This document shows positions 25,575 through 38,306 of a stretch of 64,000 nucleotides of DNA, in pieces. The position numbers and the translations under genes were made by a program. The notes below the pieces were generated by a model that worked only from the letters and a program-made list of their open reading frames with translations, did not search any database and was not told the DNA's origin. This stretch comes from Tubiluchus corallicola. Lineage: Eukaryota; Animalia; Priapulida. The stretch covers positions 108,589-172,588 of the forward strand of contig JAQGDQ010000476.1 in NCBI GenBank assembly GCA_030141605.1, read 5' to 3'. The stretch's first letter is position 1. Each line of letters opens with the position of its first letter.

Positions 25575-28500
25575 ATTTTTATACGCAGTTAAACACGAAC
25601 GTTTGAAGCGCGGGGAATTATACACAGATTTATATGCACAGATGTTTTGCATGGGATAAGGCATGTACTTACCTCTATTTGCTTGAGTTTTAGAAAGCAG
25701 ACGTACAGTCGAGAGACACACATGATCGCACATTATGATAAAACTGAGATTTTGTAAACAAACTCATTTTACGTATTAATTTGTTTCACCATTATAAATG
25801 CTAACAGTTAATCACGCAGACGTGTAATATTATTTGTGTAGGTACTTGTTAGTACTATGATGTTTGAGCTGATTGCCAAATTTCTGATAAACTGTACCGC
25901 TAATAGCACATTATTAATATTGAGCTAGCTATTTCACTTACGGAACTTTTTTGACTCAAGTGTCAGCGCTTACTTATGACTGTAGACTGTTACATTGACT
26001 TTGCAGCAGTTACAAGAATTGTGTCAAACTTGTTTGTCTAATAACACAAACTAAAATCGTCGTAAATGTGTGACAAAATTACCCAAAATCCCGGAGACGT
26101 AATCTACAATCTGAAAGTAATTGCAATTTAAGAAGTTGTGAATGCAAAATTTGTTCACATCTTATAACAGCTTTCTTAGAAGCTATGATTTTAACGGGAC
26201 AGCTGAAAGAAAATCACTAGTTTCAAACGAGAAGTTAGAACAGTTCGTGCTCAGGAAAGCACACCTGGATCATTCTTGCGCGGTTTAGCAACTGAACGTT
26301 TCAATAAAAAATTACAGTCCAGGGTTCAGACTCTTTCGATTCTTACCCTCTCAACCAACACCCGCTGTTTTTAGTTAATAAGATAAACCACCACAGAAGT
26401 CCAAAACAAATTGCCTTCCAGCATCCATTATTTCCCTCTGTTCAGTGACTCTGATATGCCGGTATGTTGTTTCCGGCTGAGAGGGGCTGAAGAATGGCGC
26501 CATTGTTTTCAGTCCGGCTTTGGAGATTTAAAATTTTCGACACACGTGTGTTCAAACCGTATACAGAACTTCATTGTTCAGGTATGAAAAATGACTTGGT
26601 GATGTGACGAAATAACTTTGAACACCCCCAATTAACCTCACAACCTTCGAAATGTGAGCAAATAGCACTTTCCAACACGTGTGTTTTAAAAAGCTAAACA
26701 TCAATACGTAAGCTCTGAATTACAAAATACAATCGTGTAAAGAGTTAAATAAAAATACCGACCGAGAATCACAGGGAAAACTTATAACAATTTTTCCTAT
26801 TGAATGAATTGGTCAATTATGTTCGCGAATTAAAGGTATGTCCATATTAAATTACAACGACAGTTTGTTTCTTTTTGGTAAACTGAAACGCTGCAATGGC
26901 GAACATTTTTCCAAAGACGTGCAAGCTCTTTACACACAAATGTGCAGTAAAAGAAGGCTACATATATTCTTAAAAGCCTATTGTTAGTGGTCGCGGAAAG
27001 ATTGGATTTTATCAGAAAGCATATGGACGCAGCTCAAATTAGTATTTATTACGGTTTGCCCGATATTAAAATAGCAAGACATGAGATGTTAATATTAAAC
27101 AGGGTGATGATAAATATTTTTGTAGTTTGAGTATGTAAATTCAGTTTAGCAATTTCAAAATTTTGAAACATTTTAAAATACTTCAAAATAATACTAGATC
27201 AAATAAAACCGTTATTTTGAACAACGTAAGGAGCTTGGAAACGCAAAGTGAAGGAAAGCAGATTAGAGTGTTTCCTGTGCGTCTGCCAGACATTAATTCC
27301 TCAAACAATATTAACACTAGTAAATCCATGCAGGAACAGGTTAATTACAAAACTATTCAAGTGAATACTTCAGAATCTAGATTGGAAGTTTGTAGCAAAG
27401 TTTGCAATTTTGAAGAAAAGAGAAGCTTCACGGATGACTGTGCCATAAGCTTGGTAAATGCTAAAGGAGCAAAAAGAGGTATTGTTCTGGAGAGCGTATG
27501 CAGAGGAGGTGACAAGCGTCTCTCGTTACACATGACGGACACGCGTCCGGCTATTGATGGCAAAACGACGCCGTCCTATTTATTTTTTGTTGATGATTAA
27601 AATTAGCGCTAGTACTTAGAAAAGATAGCACTGCTTTAGATTAACTTGGCACCTCAGTACGTTCAGTTTCCAATTCCGTTAGCTTTTGGTGTTAACTTAA
27701 AATTCTTCAGGCTTTTGGTTGCCGTTATTTCGATGGATATTTGATGTTTAAAAATATTTGAAGGTTAAATAATATTTTGCCTCTTACTGACTGAAACTGA
27801 AGATTTGTGTTTTTTTGTGTGTAAAAAACCTTTTTGGATTTCGTTATTAGTAGTATACTGTATATTCTATATATTGGCTCCAGAAATGGATCTGAAATAA
27901 TAAATCCGCGACTACCAATGGAACAGAAATGAAAAAGACAGTAGCTATTCAATTAGGGAAAACTGGGTTCAGCAAAAAAAAACATCAATCTATATCTGCG
28001 ATCACCAATTACTTAATTTTTTGTTACTGAGCGCAAGAAAAGTTTCTGCTTGTAAACTCAAATCTCTTGGTACAGCCATAATAAACTTTCAACGGAGTTT
28101 TCTATAGAGGTCTGCTGGTCGTATGGCATTCCAGGTAAAAGGGTCCAAAAAGCGTGCGACGTACATTTGGAGCTAGCGGGTTTGTTACTGAAATTTTATG
28201 TGTGAATAATACGCCATAGCTTCCCTGTTTAAGTTAACAAGATGTTCTGCTTGATGGCGGTGAAAACCGGGTTAAGAATTGAGCAAAAATGTGCCATTTT
28301 AGAAGGCAAAGCAAATCTCTGGTCTGACCGACCAGTCAACATAAGTCTTTGCATGTCAAGCCGTGATTAATTTACCATGAGCAGATTATCCAAATATGGA
28401 AACCATACTGGCTTGCGTGTCAGCTGGGGTGGTGTATGGGTTTCTTTGTTAATGAAACCCTACAGGCATTCCACTGAATCTCTGCCAACTGCAGATATTT

Positions 28501-31078
28501 AACGTGAAACTTTATACCAATATTGGACCAATGCTGACAGGGAGCGGTCCATATTTTTTAGGACACGCACGTGCCTGTTGGAGAAGTAATATGGTATCTT
28601 GGACTTTGATGTCATGCGAAGGGTGGTTGCATGTTTTATTTATTTTTTGTGCACAGCCCTTGTTTGCTTTATAGATTTTTTCTGCACAACCCATTTTCCT
28701 TTATAGATCTATAAGGTATGCAATGTTTCAAATGATAAGACTTAAGAAAAACAGGTTTAAGTACATAAATTTCTAGCTATAAATATTGGCATGAGGTAAA
28801 ACGATTTTACATAATATTTGTCTTAGTGACAAGATTCATTAAGATGTTGAATATCTGTTGGAGTAATTTATGAAACTAAGAGAGCATAGATTCCCAGAAA
28901 TAGAAAACCCTATCTACTTGATTTTGCCCTTTTGATTAGGAAATTTTAAAACTCCAACACCCTAGGTAATCACTAGAGCTGCTTTAGACCATCTAATTTT
29001 GACGCCGTTTGAAGTCAAATATTCAGTTTCAAGTATTTGACTCAAACAACCTTTTAGACTGGCTCACGGTGTTACATGGCATGCAGGGTCTACCCACCCC
29101 CCTCAAAGAGCTGGATGTCTCTGTTCCTAAAGCAGTTCCAAACCGCATGGGCTCTAAGATCATGTCACATGGGGGCGTCTTGGAGTACTGACTGAAAGGT
29201 CTACAATGTGATTTTTCCAAGATCGTTTAGCGAATTAACTGATGGCTAGTATTTGGGATTTTCATTTTTTTCTGTGACTAGTACTTGGCTTCGGGGAGCC
29301 AGTGCTTAGCAAGCGGTGCCGTCCATAAGCTGAAAGTTTGGCAAACAGTAGTTATATTATCATCCATGACACAAAAATTGATTGCAAACATAAGACAAAC
29401 CAGAAAGTAAATTAAGAAAGAATAGCCCTGCAAGCAGTGCCCGATCAATACATGTCACTTGTCACGATACCTGATATTAGCATGTCATGAATATGCACAG
29501 AGTCCATTCAGTTAGCCTGGTGGCTTTTGTTTCAGTCAACAAGCACTTACAAACTACGCGGAAGTAGCTTTTTTATAGTCGATAAATTTGTACAATAGCT
29601 GTTATTTTGCGAGAAAATTGGTTGCGCACGCACAAGTGGCTGCAAAATACGCGCAAACATTTCACCTTGGTCTGGTCATTTTTAATTCAGGTTTTATTGT
29701 CTTTAATAAAGCATCAGTTTTAATAAGGTTTGACTTGGCTCAAGCTATTTTGTTCACTAGTAAATTGGTTTCCCACTGAAGAACTAAGATTTACGCGAGT
29801 CGCGCCTGTAGAAATGTGATGTAAAAACTTTATCATGTAACATTCCTGCATTCATTTCGTGTGCTTGTATGCGTGTGCGCTTGAGTGGGTGCTTATGCTT
29901 TTTTGTTAGAAAAAACTTTCGTATAAACTATAAGAAAACAGGAGATTTGTGTATAATGTAAGCAACACTGTATTACAAACGTCGGGATAATAGGCTAAAC
30001 TCCGCTAAAGGCTGTATAATTTTGAGCACAAAATTAAAAAAAAATCAGATAAATCTATGTGGAATCATCCGTTTCTAGATTAAAAGCTATATATAGGTAT
30101 AGGATTAAATCAGTTCTACAAGGTGTGTATACAGACACAGCACTACTGTAGTATGGTTTAATACAAATTAGTATACCTACTAAGAATGAATTCAATCGTG
30201 TATCGTGAAAATTGAGATTTTTATACTTTCTAACTACTATTTATTGTACTCTAATACTGGACAGTCACCAAGCCACTTATGTATGGTCAGTTAGCATACA
30301 CTGACTCTATAGGCCTACTGAATGCAGAGAAAACATTGGGATAATGATTCGACTAAAAACTATTTGCAGCAGATAAAATACTTTGAAACAAAGAAGCCGA
30401 CTTTCTTATGTGACTAAATTGTCCGTTTCGCAAAAAAGCTTAATGATATTAGTACGTATTACAGAAGTACCTGAAGATCACGGTGTCTAATTATTGTGCA
30501 CATTGAATGCATGTTTACGGTTTTGTTTATGTAATAAAAGAACGCCACGAAATCAAAACGAGTTGTTGAGTGACAAAAGCCAAAGGCTTTAGCCACTAAC
30601 AATTCAATTCAATTCAGATTTATTTGCACAAATACATAGGCCTACAATGTACATTAGCAAAGCAAATTGTCTTCCACAATATTGTAATTAGTTGATTTGT
30701 TGCGTTATGTGCTTTAGAGAAGAAAAATAAATTATCTATGTCTATGTCAGGCACAAACTTTGAATAGAAAAATTTTAATGAAAAAAGTTTAGTGTAGAAA
30801 AACATCTGCGATAAGGCGCCCATTAAAATGTTTTCTGAAAAGGTGTACATCCGGCGCATTATTGTTATGATAATTAAGTTTCTGTAGTTATTCTCCTGGA
30901 TTTACACCTGCTGTGCGCAGGTACGCATCATTAATCTTCGCTGTTTAAGTTTTTTCCGTGACTTTATTCTGAATACTAATAAAAAGTAACAGTGTACCAT
31001 GTAATTAAAAATAAACAAAAAGCGAGTTAATTAGCACACGAGTCAACAGACAGACAGCAAGACAGAGATAGGAAGAGA

Positions 31079-31196
<118 letters not shown>

Positions 31197-33447
31197 GACA
31201 AAAGGAGATGAGATGATGAAGCAAGCCTCGGTTAATGATAAATTGGTGTTCGCTCTTCGCTAGGCAATTTTAATCTGAATACAAGTCTTTGCTTTTATAA
31301 GCTAAAAAGGTTGATAAGTTAACCACTGATAAACGCACATGACTGAGAAATGAAAATGTGAGGTTACGCTGACGAAAAACGAGCAGGTGAAAAACATTCA
31401 AGAATGATGCATTTTACAATACCTGTACACGGGTGCTGTAGGTTTTATTTATAGCTTGCGGCTGGACATGGAGAACAAACATGGGTCGCGTGCCACAATT
31501 ATCTTAACTGCTTATACAACAAAGGACGGATTATTTACGAAGCGTGAACGGTTCAAACATGGTAGGTGTGCTGTGATTGGACAGTACAATACTAAACGTG
31601 ATGCTATTGGACGTGTGCAAAAACAAATTTTGGCGCGTGGGTTGGCTAACATCTGCTACTGCTTGCCTTAGGTTTACAGTTGCAGACAGAAGCGTGATTC
31701 TTTGTACCTTTAAACTAGGCTACACCTGTTCATTATATTTCCCCTATATTGAATATTGAAACACCTTAAAACTTTTCATGTTTCGTTTTCATATTTTAAC
31801 CCTAAGCAATCTTATTGATTTTTTCCTTTAAATACATGTTTAGTAACAAATAACTACACATTTTATCTCTTTACCATTATCTGGTTAATGGAAACTTAAC
31901 CAGATATACAATAATTAGGCCTAGTCCGCTTAAAAGATTAGGAGAACTGTGTAATACTTCCCATACTAAGTATACTTCAATATTAATTATCCAAGGTGAG
32001 TGTGCGGTGAAGTAAGTCAGCCGTCCACATTCCGTGAATGAAAGGATCGTAATACAAAAAAAATCGGTTAGTTTGTTAACTAACCCATCACCCTCAGTCA
32101 ATTTCAGCGAGCAATACATGCTCAAAAACATTTCATTGCGAGCAAATATCGAGTTTTCTTTTAAATCAGTCTTCACTTAGCGTACCAAGACTCACAGTTT
32201 CTACAGGTAGTCATATTCTGCTTAATTTTGACAGGGGAATTAAAACGATAACTCTTAGAGTTTCTTTAAAGGTTTCCAGATTATATCCTCCAGTTCGTAA
32301 TTGATAAAAATAGCAAAAATGAAGTGATAAGTGATAACCCTTTTGTTCTAGATTTTAGTAAACATGCTCCGTTTATACTTGCACTAAGGAAGGAGACCGT
32401 AAATGCAACGCTAACAAAAAAATTCTATCTTAGTATGGAATAGATCTACCCCAGAAAATGAAATTTAACCTAGTAAAAACAGTGAATTCACGTACACATA
32501 ACACAGATCAAGTCAATTTACTGCTACAGTTATAAGATAAATCATATAGCCTATATTATTATATGCAATAAAGTACCATAAACAAGCAAGCAAACAAACA
32601 AACACGATGAAGTGTTCTCGACGATATATAGTAATATCGGCGAACGCCGAAGCTGTTTTTGTCCGTAAATTAAATTACCTACGTAAATACTATCATTAAT
32701 CATTGAGCAAAATTAGTGATTAATTTTTTTCGAGTTTTTAGTTGCGTTTACTAAAAGAAATTCGCGCACACGCTTTCGTGCATTTGAAAAGAATCCCTTT
32801 TTTCACGTTTAATTAATTACCTGTATTAACAATGACTACATACACGTGTGAGGCCTAATTCTGCGTGCCTGCTACCCAGGAAAAAAGACAAAAAAATCGT
32901 TAAACGTAGTAATGACGCATAGGAACAAACAAAGATTTAAAAGAAATTTTAATTGTCTGTACTGACGATTCGCGAGATAATGAAATTATCGACAGTAATT
33001 ACGCTAGCAATTAGTGTTCAGCTCTAGTAGAGTAAATTCAGAACAAAAGAGTTTTACTATAAAAGAGCAGGTAGTAGGGCATACGTAGTAAATTTATTGG
33101 TTTAAAAATCACACGCCACAGCGCCACTCCATGAGAAAAAAAACAAAAAACAAAAAATTAGTTAAAAATAAAATCCGTTCATTTGACGCTTTTTCAAGTA
33201 GGCCTATGATTACACAATTAACTATGCTATTCAATTTCTTTCTAGTCAAATTATTAAATTTGTTTAGAAGAACTTTGCCAGTTAAGATCGTTTTACGATC
33301 AAATTCAGTATTTGTAAATTTGTCTCTTATTGGTGTTGTGTGAGTGCTAGTAAATAAAGTCCCCATTTTTTCACAAAATAGTTTTTCAAATTGATTTACC
33401 AAGGCATCGTAAATACCATTTTATTGTACGAACATTTATTATGCAAA

Positions 33448-33484
33448 CACGACGATTCGGCTGTTCTACAATCATTTTCAACTG
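33448..33484 (-). ncRNA. Degenerate minimal hammerhead-ribozyme-like motif (copy 1)
   Basis: Minus strand CAG UUGAAAAU GAUUGU AGA ACAGCC GAAU CGUC GUG; homologous to copy 2, with core substitutions. Confidence 0.35.
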
Positions 33485-33547
33485 ATCATTCAGTAAATAA
33501 GAAATGTAAACAACAGATTTAAATATATTTAAATTAAATAGGATAGA

Positions 33548-33630
33548 CCACCACCATCACCACCACCACCACCACCACCACCACCACCATCATCATCATC
33601 GTCATCGTCATCATCATCATCATCATCGTC
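33548..33630. repeat. (CAC)n/(CAT)n microsatellite
   Basis: Direct reading. Confidence 0.9.
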
Positions 33631-35719
33631 TTTTAGGAAAGTTCACGCCAATTTATTTTGCAACTACACAAATGCAGTTCTCGAACTATCGATTCCTTGT
33701 TCTTTAGTTAATTTTATTATGGCGTCATGTTTCTTATTACTGCGCGTAAAAAATAGTGCTTGGTGAATAATTCTTGCGATAAATCTCATTCCGTCTGTTG
33801 TAGACATTGAGACATTAGCCACATTACGACTGATTAGAGTATTCCACCCAACCTTATGTGCAGCTAACAACTTTTGCTCCTATAAAGCTAGGTTGAAGTA
33901 TAGGAACTGTATTATATTATTATACTATGATGTCAAATATTTTTGCACAGAGTTGGTGTTCACTGATTCAATTAGCTAGTCTTGTAGTTTGACCTATATG
34001 CTAGTTGCCACGTCCATGATATTTAAATTATACATTACATAGGCAAGACCAAAACAGCTAGGAATATCGTTTTCTTTGAAACGTAACGCTGTGATCATGC
34101 CCTTTGAACTGAAAAAAACTGGTTTTATATTGGTAGACCTCAAAATAAGGCTGTATATGCTCTCACATTGCTGACAAATTCCTATTTTACATATCTAACC
34201 GAATAATCCAAGGCTTGGGTATTAGAATTAGCATCTTGGCCATTAGTATCAGTTGTAGCAGGATTTACAACAGACAAGTTTGAAATTTGCTTACGAATGA
34301 TCCTTTTCACAGTGTATATGATTTTAAACAACATTGTGATGCTTCTGAAGTAAAGTTTCCAAGCTCGAAATTTAAGGACTGCTTAGACGATAGCAGTTTC
34401 AGAGCTCTATTCAAAAGTGCATTAATTGCAGAGTACTTGAACATATTAAAAACATGAGACCTATTATTACACAGTATTATTACACATTTTCATGCACAGA
34501 GAAGTGAGCATCAGCTTGGCTGATATCAACTGAGACTACAAAGAAACTGTTGTGGCTTCTTCCAAGTGTGAACTTCAGTGTTCAACGATCATTTAGGTGT
34601 TTAAAAAATAAATCAATGTGTGATTCATGATTCATTTTCTAAAGACAGTAAATGTATCATCTACATATCGTCTACTTGGGAGGTAAAAAACTAGAATTAA
34701 AAGTCATTAGGCCTATATTTCTAAATATATAGGTAATTTTAGGTAAAAATTAGCCAAAAGGTGTCCAAGTTGGCTGCGCATAGAACTACACAGCATCATT
34801 ACAAATAAATGTTGATTTTAGCAAATAAATCAAAGTTATTTATAAAAAGAAAACTTGTCAAATGTAGCAAGGTCAAAAGTAATTTCGGACACATCATTGA
34901 AAATCATGTCTAATAATCAAGTGAGATATTTGTAAAGATTCTACATCAAACAACGCAGGGAAACAATCTGTAAAGCTAAATCAGCTGTTTTGATATCATA
35001 TATGAAATCCGTTACTAAGCCTTGAAATACAACATGTAATAAAAAAGGTACGACCTTTATCAAAAAGAAGCCAAATTATAGTTATATTATAGGTGAGACT
35101 ACAAAACAGCTAGGTAATTGAATCAATGAACACAGACTCAGAAACAGTGAAGTAAATGTTACATATGCTAACTTTTATAATGAACCTATCACTACAGACA
35201 AGTCCAGTATAGGAGATAATGCCAAAAATAAAATTAATTCAAAAGACACGCCATATTAAAATTAATAGTTCACTTTTAAATTCAAAAATTGAGGGCTTCA
35301 CATACAGTTCATTGGTGTAGTAGCATTACGTTTTACTACCTGTACAACAAAAAACATTTTACATAATAGTTAATAATATGGGGTGACGCAGATAATTCGT
35401 GACAAAGTTCAGACAACAATAATATTAGAGCCAACTGCCTCTCGAGGTCGAAATTTCATATCTTGGCGTTAGAAGATATTGGCTTTTGTCTGCGAAAGTC
35501 ACAAGTTTATAGTGGTTTTCAAGTCATGGCCGAAACGTTTTTGCATGTTAAAAAAGTTAAAATGCTGGAGCAATGTTAGCTAATCATCAATTGAAAAGTA
35601 GCCACATCGATGTACAAAGCACACAAATACATGGCATTAAAACAATAAAGAAATTGGTTATTTTATTGTGTGGTATTTACCACACAAGATAAAGTCATTT
35701 ATAAAGATTTGTTATCAAG

Positions 35720-36138
35720 AAAAAAACGGATGTACGGTGTCAGGTATTCCTCAGAGCGCACATACGACGAGTTACGCAGAATTGTTTGATGCTGAAGAAC
35801 GAAAGGCAAAAAGCGTTGAGTGCTGGGACCAAATACTGTTTAAAAGAAGTGAGAAGCTTTTTGGAAAAAATGCCTTCGTCTTGCATTAAAAATGATGGAC
35901 ACATAGAACACTTGCAGTAAATTTTAGCAATGGTAACATACGAAATATTTTCCGACATTTAGTTTTTTACTTGATGATTTAAAACTTCTGTATGTTTGGA
36001 AAAGTGGGGATGACCTAAAATTATCATGATAATACATAATCGTATGCAACATCAGTGTGATAATTTTCAAGCGATTTCGTTTTTTTTTTCTCATAATATG
36101 ATGATCAAAAGTTCGGCACGTTTCTTGTGCCTCCGGAT
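35720..36138 (+). mobile_element. Tc1/mariner-superfamily transposase 3' relic nested in the Penelope relic
   Basis: Frame-broken peptides AEERKAKSVECWDQI and CIKNDGHIEHLQ* resemble the Tc1/mariner C-terminus; TIR-like ...tttcttgtgcctccggata|ta at ~36121-36140. Confidence 0.5.
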
Positions 36139-36227
36139 ATAATACGATTCTATTCTATTTTGTCACTTGGAATATTTTAAAATTTAGATCTGTTGTTTAC
36201 ATTAAATTTTGTTATTTACTTAATGAT

Positions 36228-36263
36228 CACTTAAAAAGGTTGTAGAACAGCCGAAACGTCGTG
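36228..36263 (+). ncRNA. Minimal type-I hammerhead-ribozyme-like motif (copy 2), Penelope-associated variant
   Basis: CAC-UUAAAAA-[GGUUGU AGA ACAGCC stem II]-GAAA-CGUC-GUG; palindromic ACGU in place of stem III; GUC triplet ends 36260; 5' core deviates from CUGANGA. Confidence 0.5.
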
Positions 36264-37369
36264 TTTAGTAACCAATATTTGTATAATAGTTTTTCATCGT
36301 AATTTTATACGGTTACAGCTCTTTACCTTTTAAGGCATGATTAAAATGTGTACGGCAGCGTCATTCTTCTTTCCAATATTTTAATCTAAAGTGTTGTAAA
36401 CCTACAGGAACAACTAATATTCAACAGGAATTGTGTAATTAGATTTACATTAGATTACACAAAGCCTCGTAACAAATACCATCAGTGAAATACAGCGGCA
36501 TGCGTTCAGTGCTTTCTCTGCATGCGCCAAGCTTTGGCACGTGTGCCGTTACTTAAAATAGACAAATAGTGAAAGGAGCTAGTTAACCACACAAAGCTCT
36601 ACTTGTTCTTGTAATAACGATTAGGTCAGCCATTATTAATCAAGGCAGGTCTTTGTTATAAGAGGTTCTCGTGTTTACTGCTTAACACTACCTCCACAGC
36701 TCTGGGGTTGCTTACATCTGCCATTTCTTCAGGATCTGGACATTGACAGCAGATGTTACGGTATTCTCGCTAGCATTTTAAACTTTTACCAAGATCAGAC
36801 ATAAGCCGTGGCGCCATCTTTGTTTCAATAATGTAAATTTCTTACTTCGAATCTATACTCTAGATTAATCTTTTCAGATTGATTTTAAATTTAATGTACC
36901 AGTATGTGTCTCTCCAAATTAAAACTGTAAAATAAAGAATGTTTTTACAGGAAATGTTGGGAAATAGTCTACTAACAAATTCTGTCATCTATACCCCTCA
37001 TATCATAAAATTGTATTTAAAACCCTAAACGTTTTGATTGTTTCCACAATCAAAATTAATTGTGGATTAATTGGAGCTGAAAAATTAATTAACATAATGA
37101 CTCCGAAATTAATTAACATAATGAATTAAGCTTTTAATTTAATATCTAAAAATAAAATTTAATATAATAAAACTTAATTTAATTTAATTTTAATTTAACA
37201 TCTTTATTAAATTATAATCTAATAAAATAATAACGCAACATTAATATAGCTCTTCTTGAAGCAAAATCTAATTATCAGAGGTAAAATGACTAAAAATCTT
37301 TTCTAACTGCTTGTTAACCTACATAAAAAAATTGAATAAATAAAATTCGACACCTACATATATATATAT

Positions 37370-38270
37370 TTAACAGATGTTTCGCGTCATGAAGAGCATT
37401 CTGAATGCAAATGAACTCCTAAAATCTGAACTTGTGCTACTGGTAAGTTAAAGTTTAACGTTTATTTAGCTAAAGAAGTTCCATGCATACTCTGTTACTC
37501 GTTATAGTAAGTTATTTTCAGCAGTTAGTTCCTTTTGAAATTTTGTAACAGTACAGCAAGTTTATTTTAAGGACTACGCTTACGTTGTAGGATTATGTAA
37601 CGCTTATCGTTTACATTGAGAATGCTCAACATGCAGCAAAACGTCTGTTAAACAAATCATGCAGGTTTTAATTAACAACAATTCGGTACCTTGTAGGAAA
37701 TAAAACCAGCAGAGTATTACAACATCAGCATAATATAAAAAATATACTTTTAAACTGCTAAAATAATGTAAAAGTCCATGTAAATTTGAAATGTTAAACT
37801 CAGCTGTAGTTTTACTTTGGAAAGGCAGAAACACCTGCAAACCTGTTCTGATACAAGTTGTTGAGCAAATGAGAAGTGGGTCACCTATTGGAGTGATTTT
37901 GAAAAAAACTACTAAACTGAGAACACATTATACATGTAACAATTATAGATTATATGTTAAATAGACCATATAAGAATGGCCGGCCCTGGTTATTGTTTTT
38001 TGGATATTTTGTTGCACAAATTTGGAACAGTTTTGATGAATTAAGTGATCTCATCCTCTTTCTTCTCAAAAACATTCTTGGGCAAAGGGCGTCCACATTC
38101 TGTTTGTGCCTGGAATTTCTCTAACTTATAAAGAGAGTCTATATCATCGAGATTTAATTGATAGTGGGACTTTTTCAATACAACTAAGTGATTTTCCTTG
38201 TCGGCTTTGATGTTCATTAGATCATTGATCTTAACCTTTCTTTTCAGATTCTTCAGCAGGAAGGATTTCC
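37370..38270 (-). mobile_element. Second Penelope-like RT relic just downstream of the arylsulfatase stop
   Basis: Minus-strand LKNLKRKVKINDLMNIKADKENHLVVLKKSHY (ADKG..V....Y motif, ~38150-38260) and, after a frameshift, GRPFLYGLF (P.LYGLPK motif, ~37960-37987); left boundary uncertain. Confidence 0.55.
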
Positions 38271-38306
38271 TGTTGTGTTTATTGTTTATTAGAGCATGTT
38301 TACACT

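Larger units (their letters stand above)
33421..36290 (+). mobile_element. Decayed Penelope-like retroelement bounded by inverted pLTR-like repeats
   Basis: Inverted repeats ~33421-33530 and ~36180-36290; degenerate RT motifs YDVKYFCT (33926) and ELASWPLVSVVAGF..DKFE (~34224); GIY-YIG remnant YIIGETTKQLGN*INEHR (35083-35136). Confidence 0.65.

Noticed and set aside
27163-27600. 145-aa plus-strand ORF
   Set aside because: Non-ATG start, no domain or clear splice structure recognised
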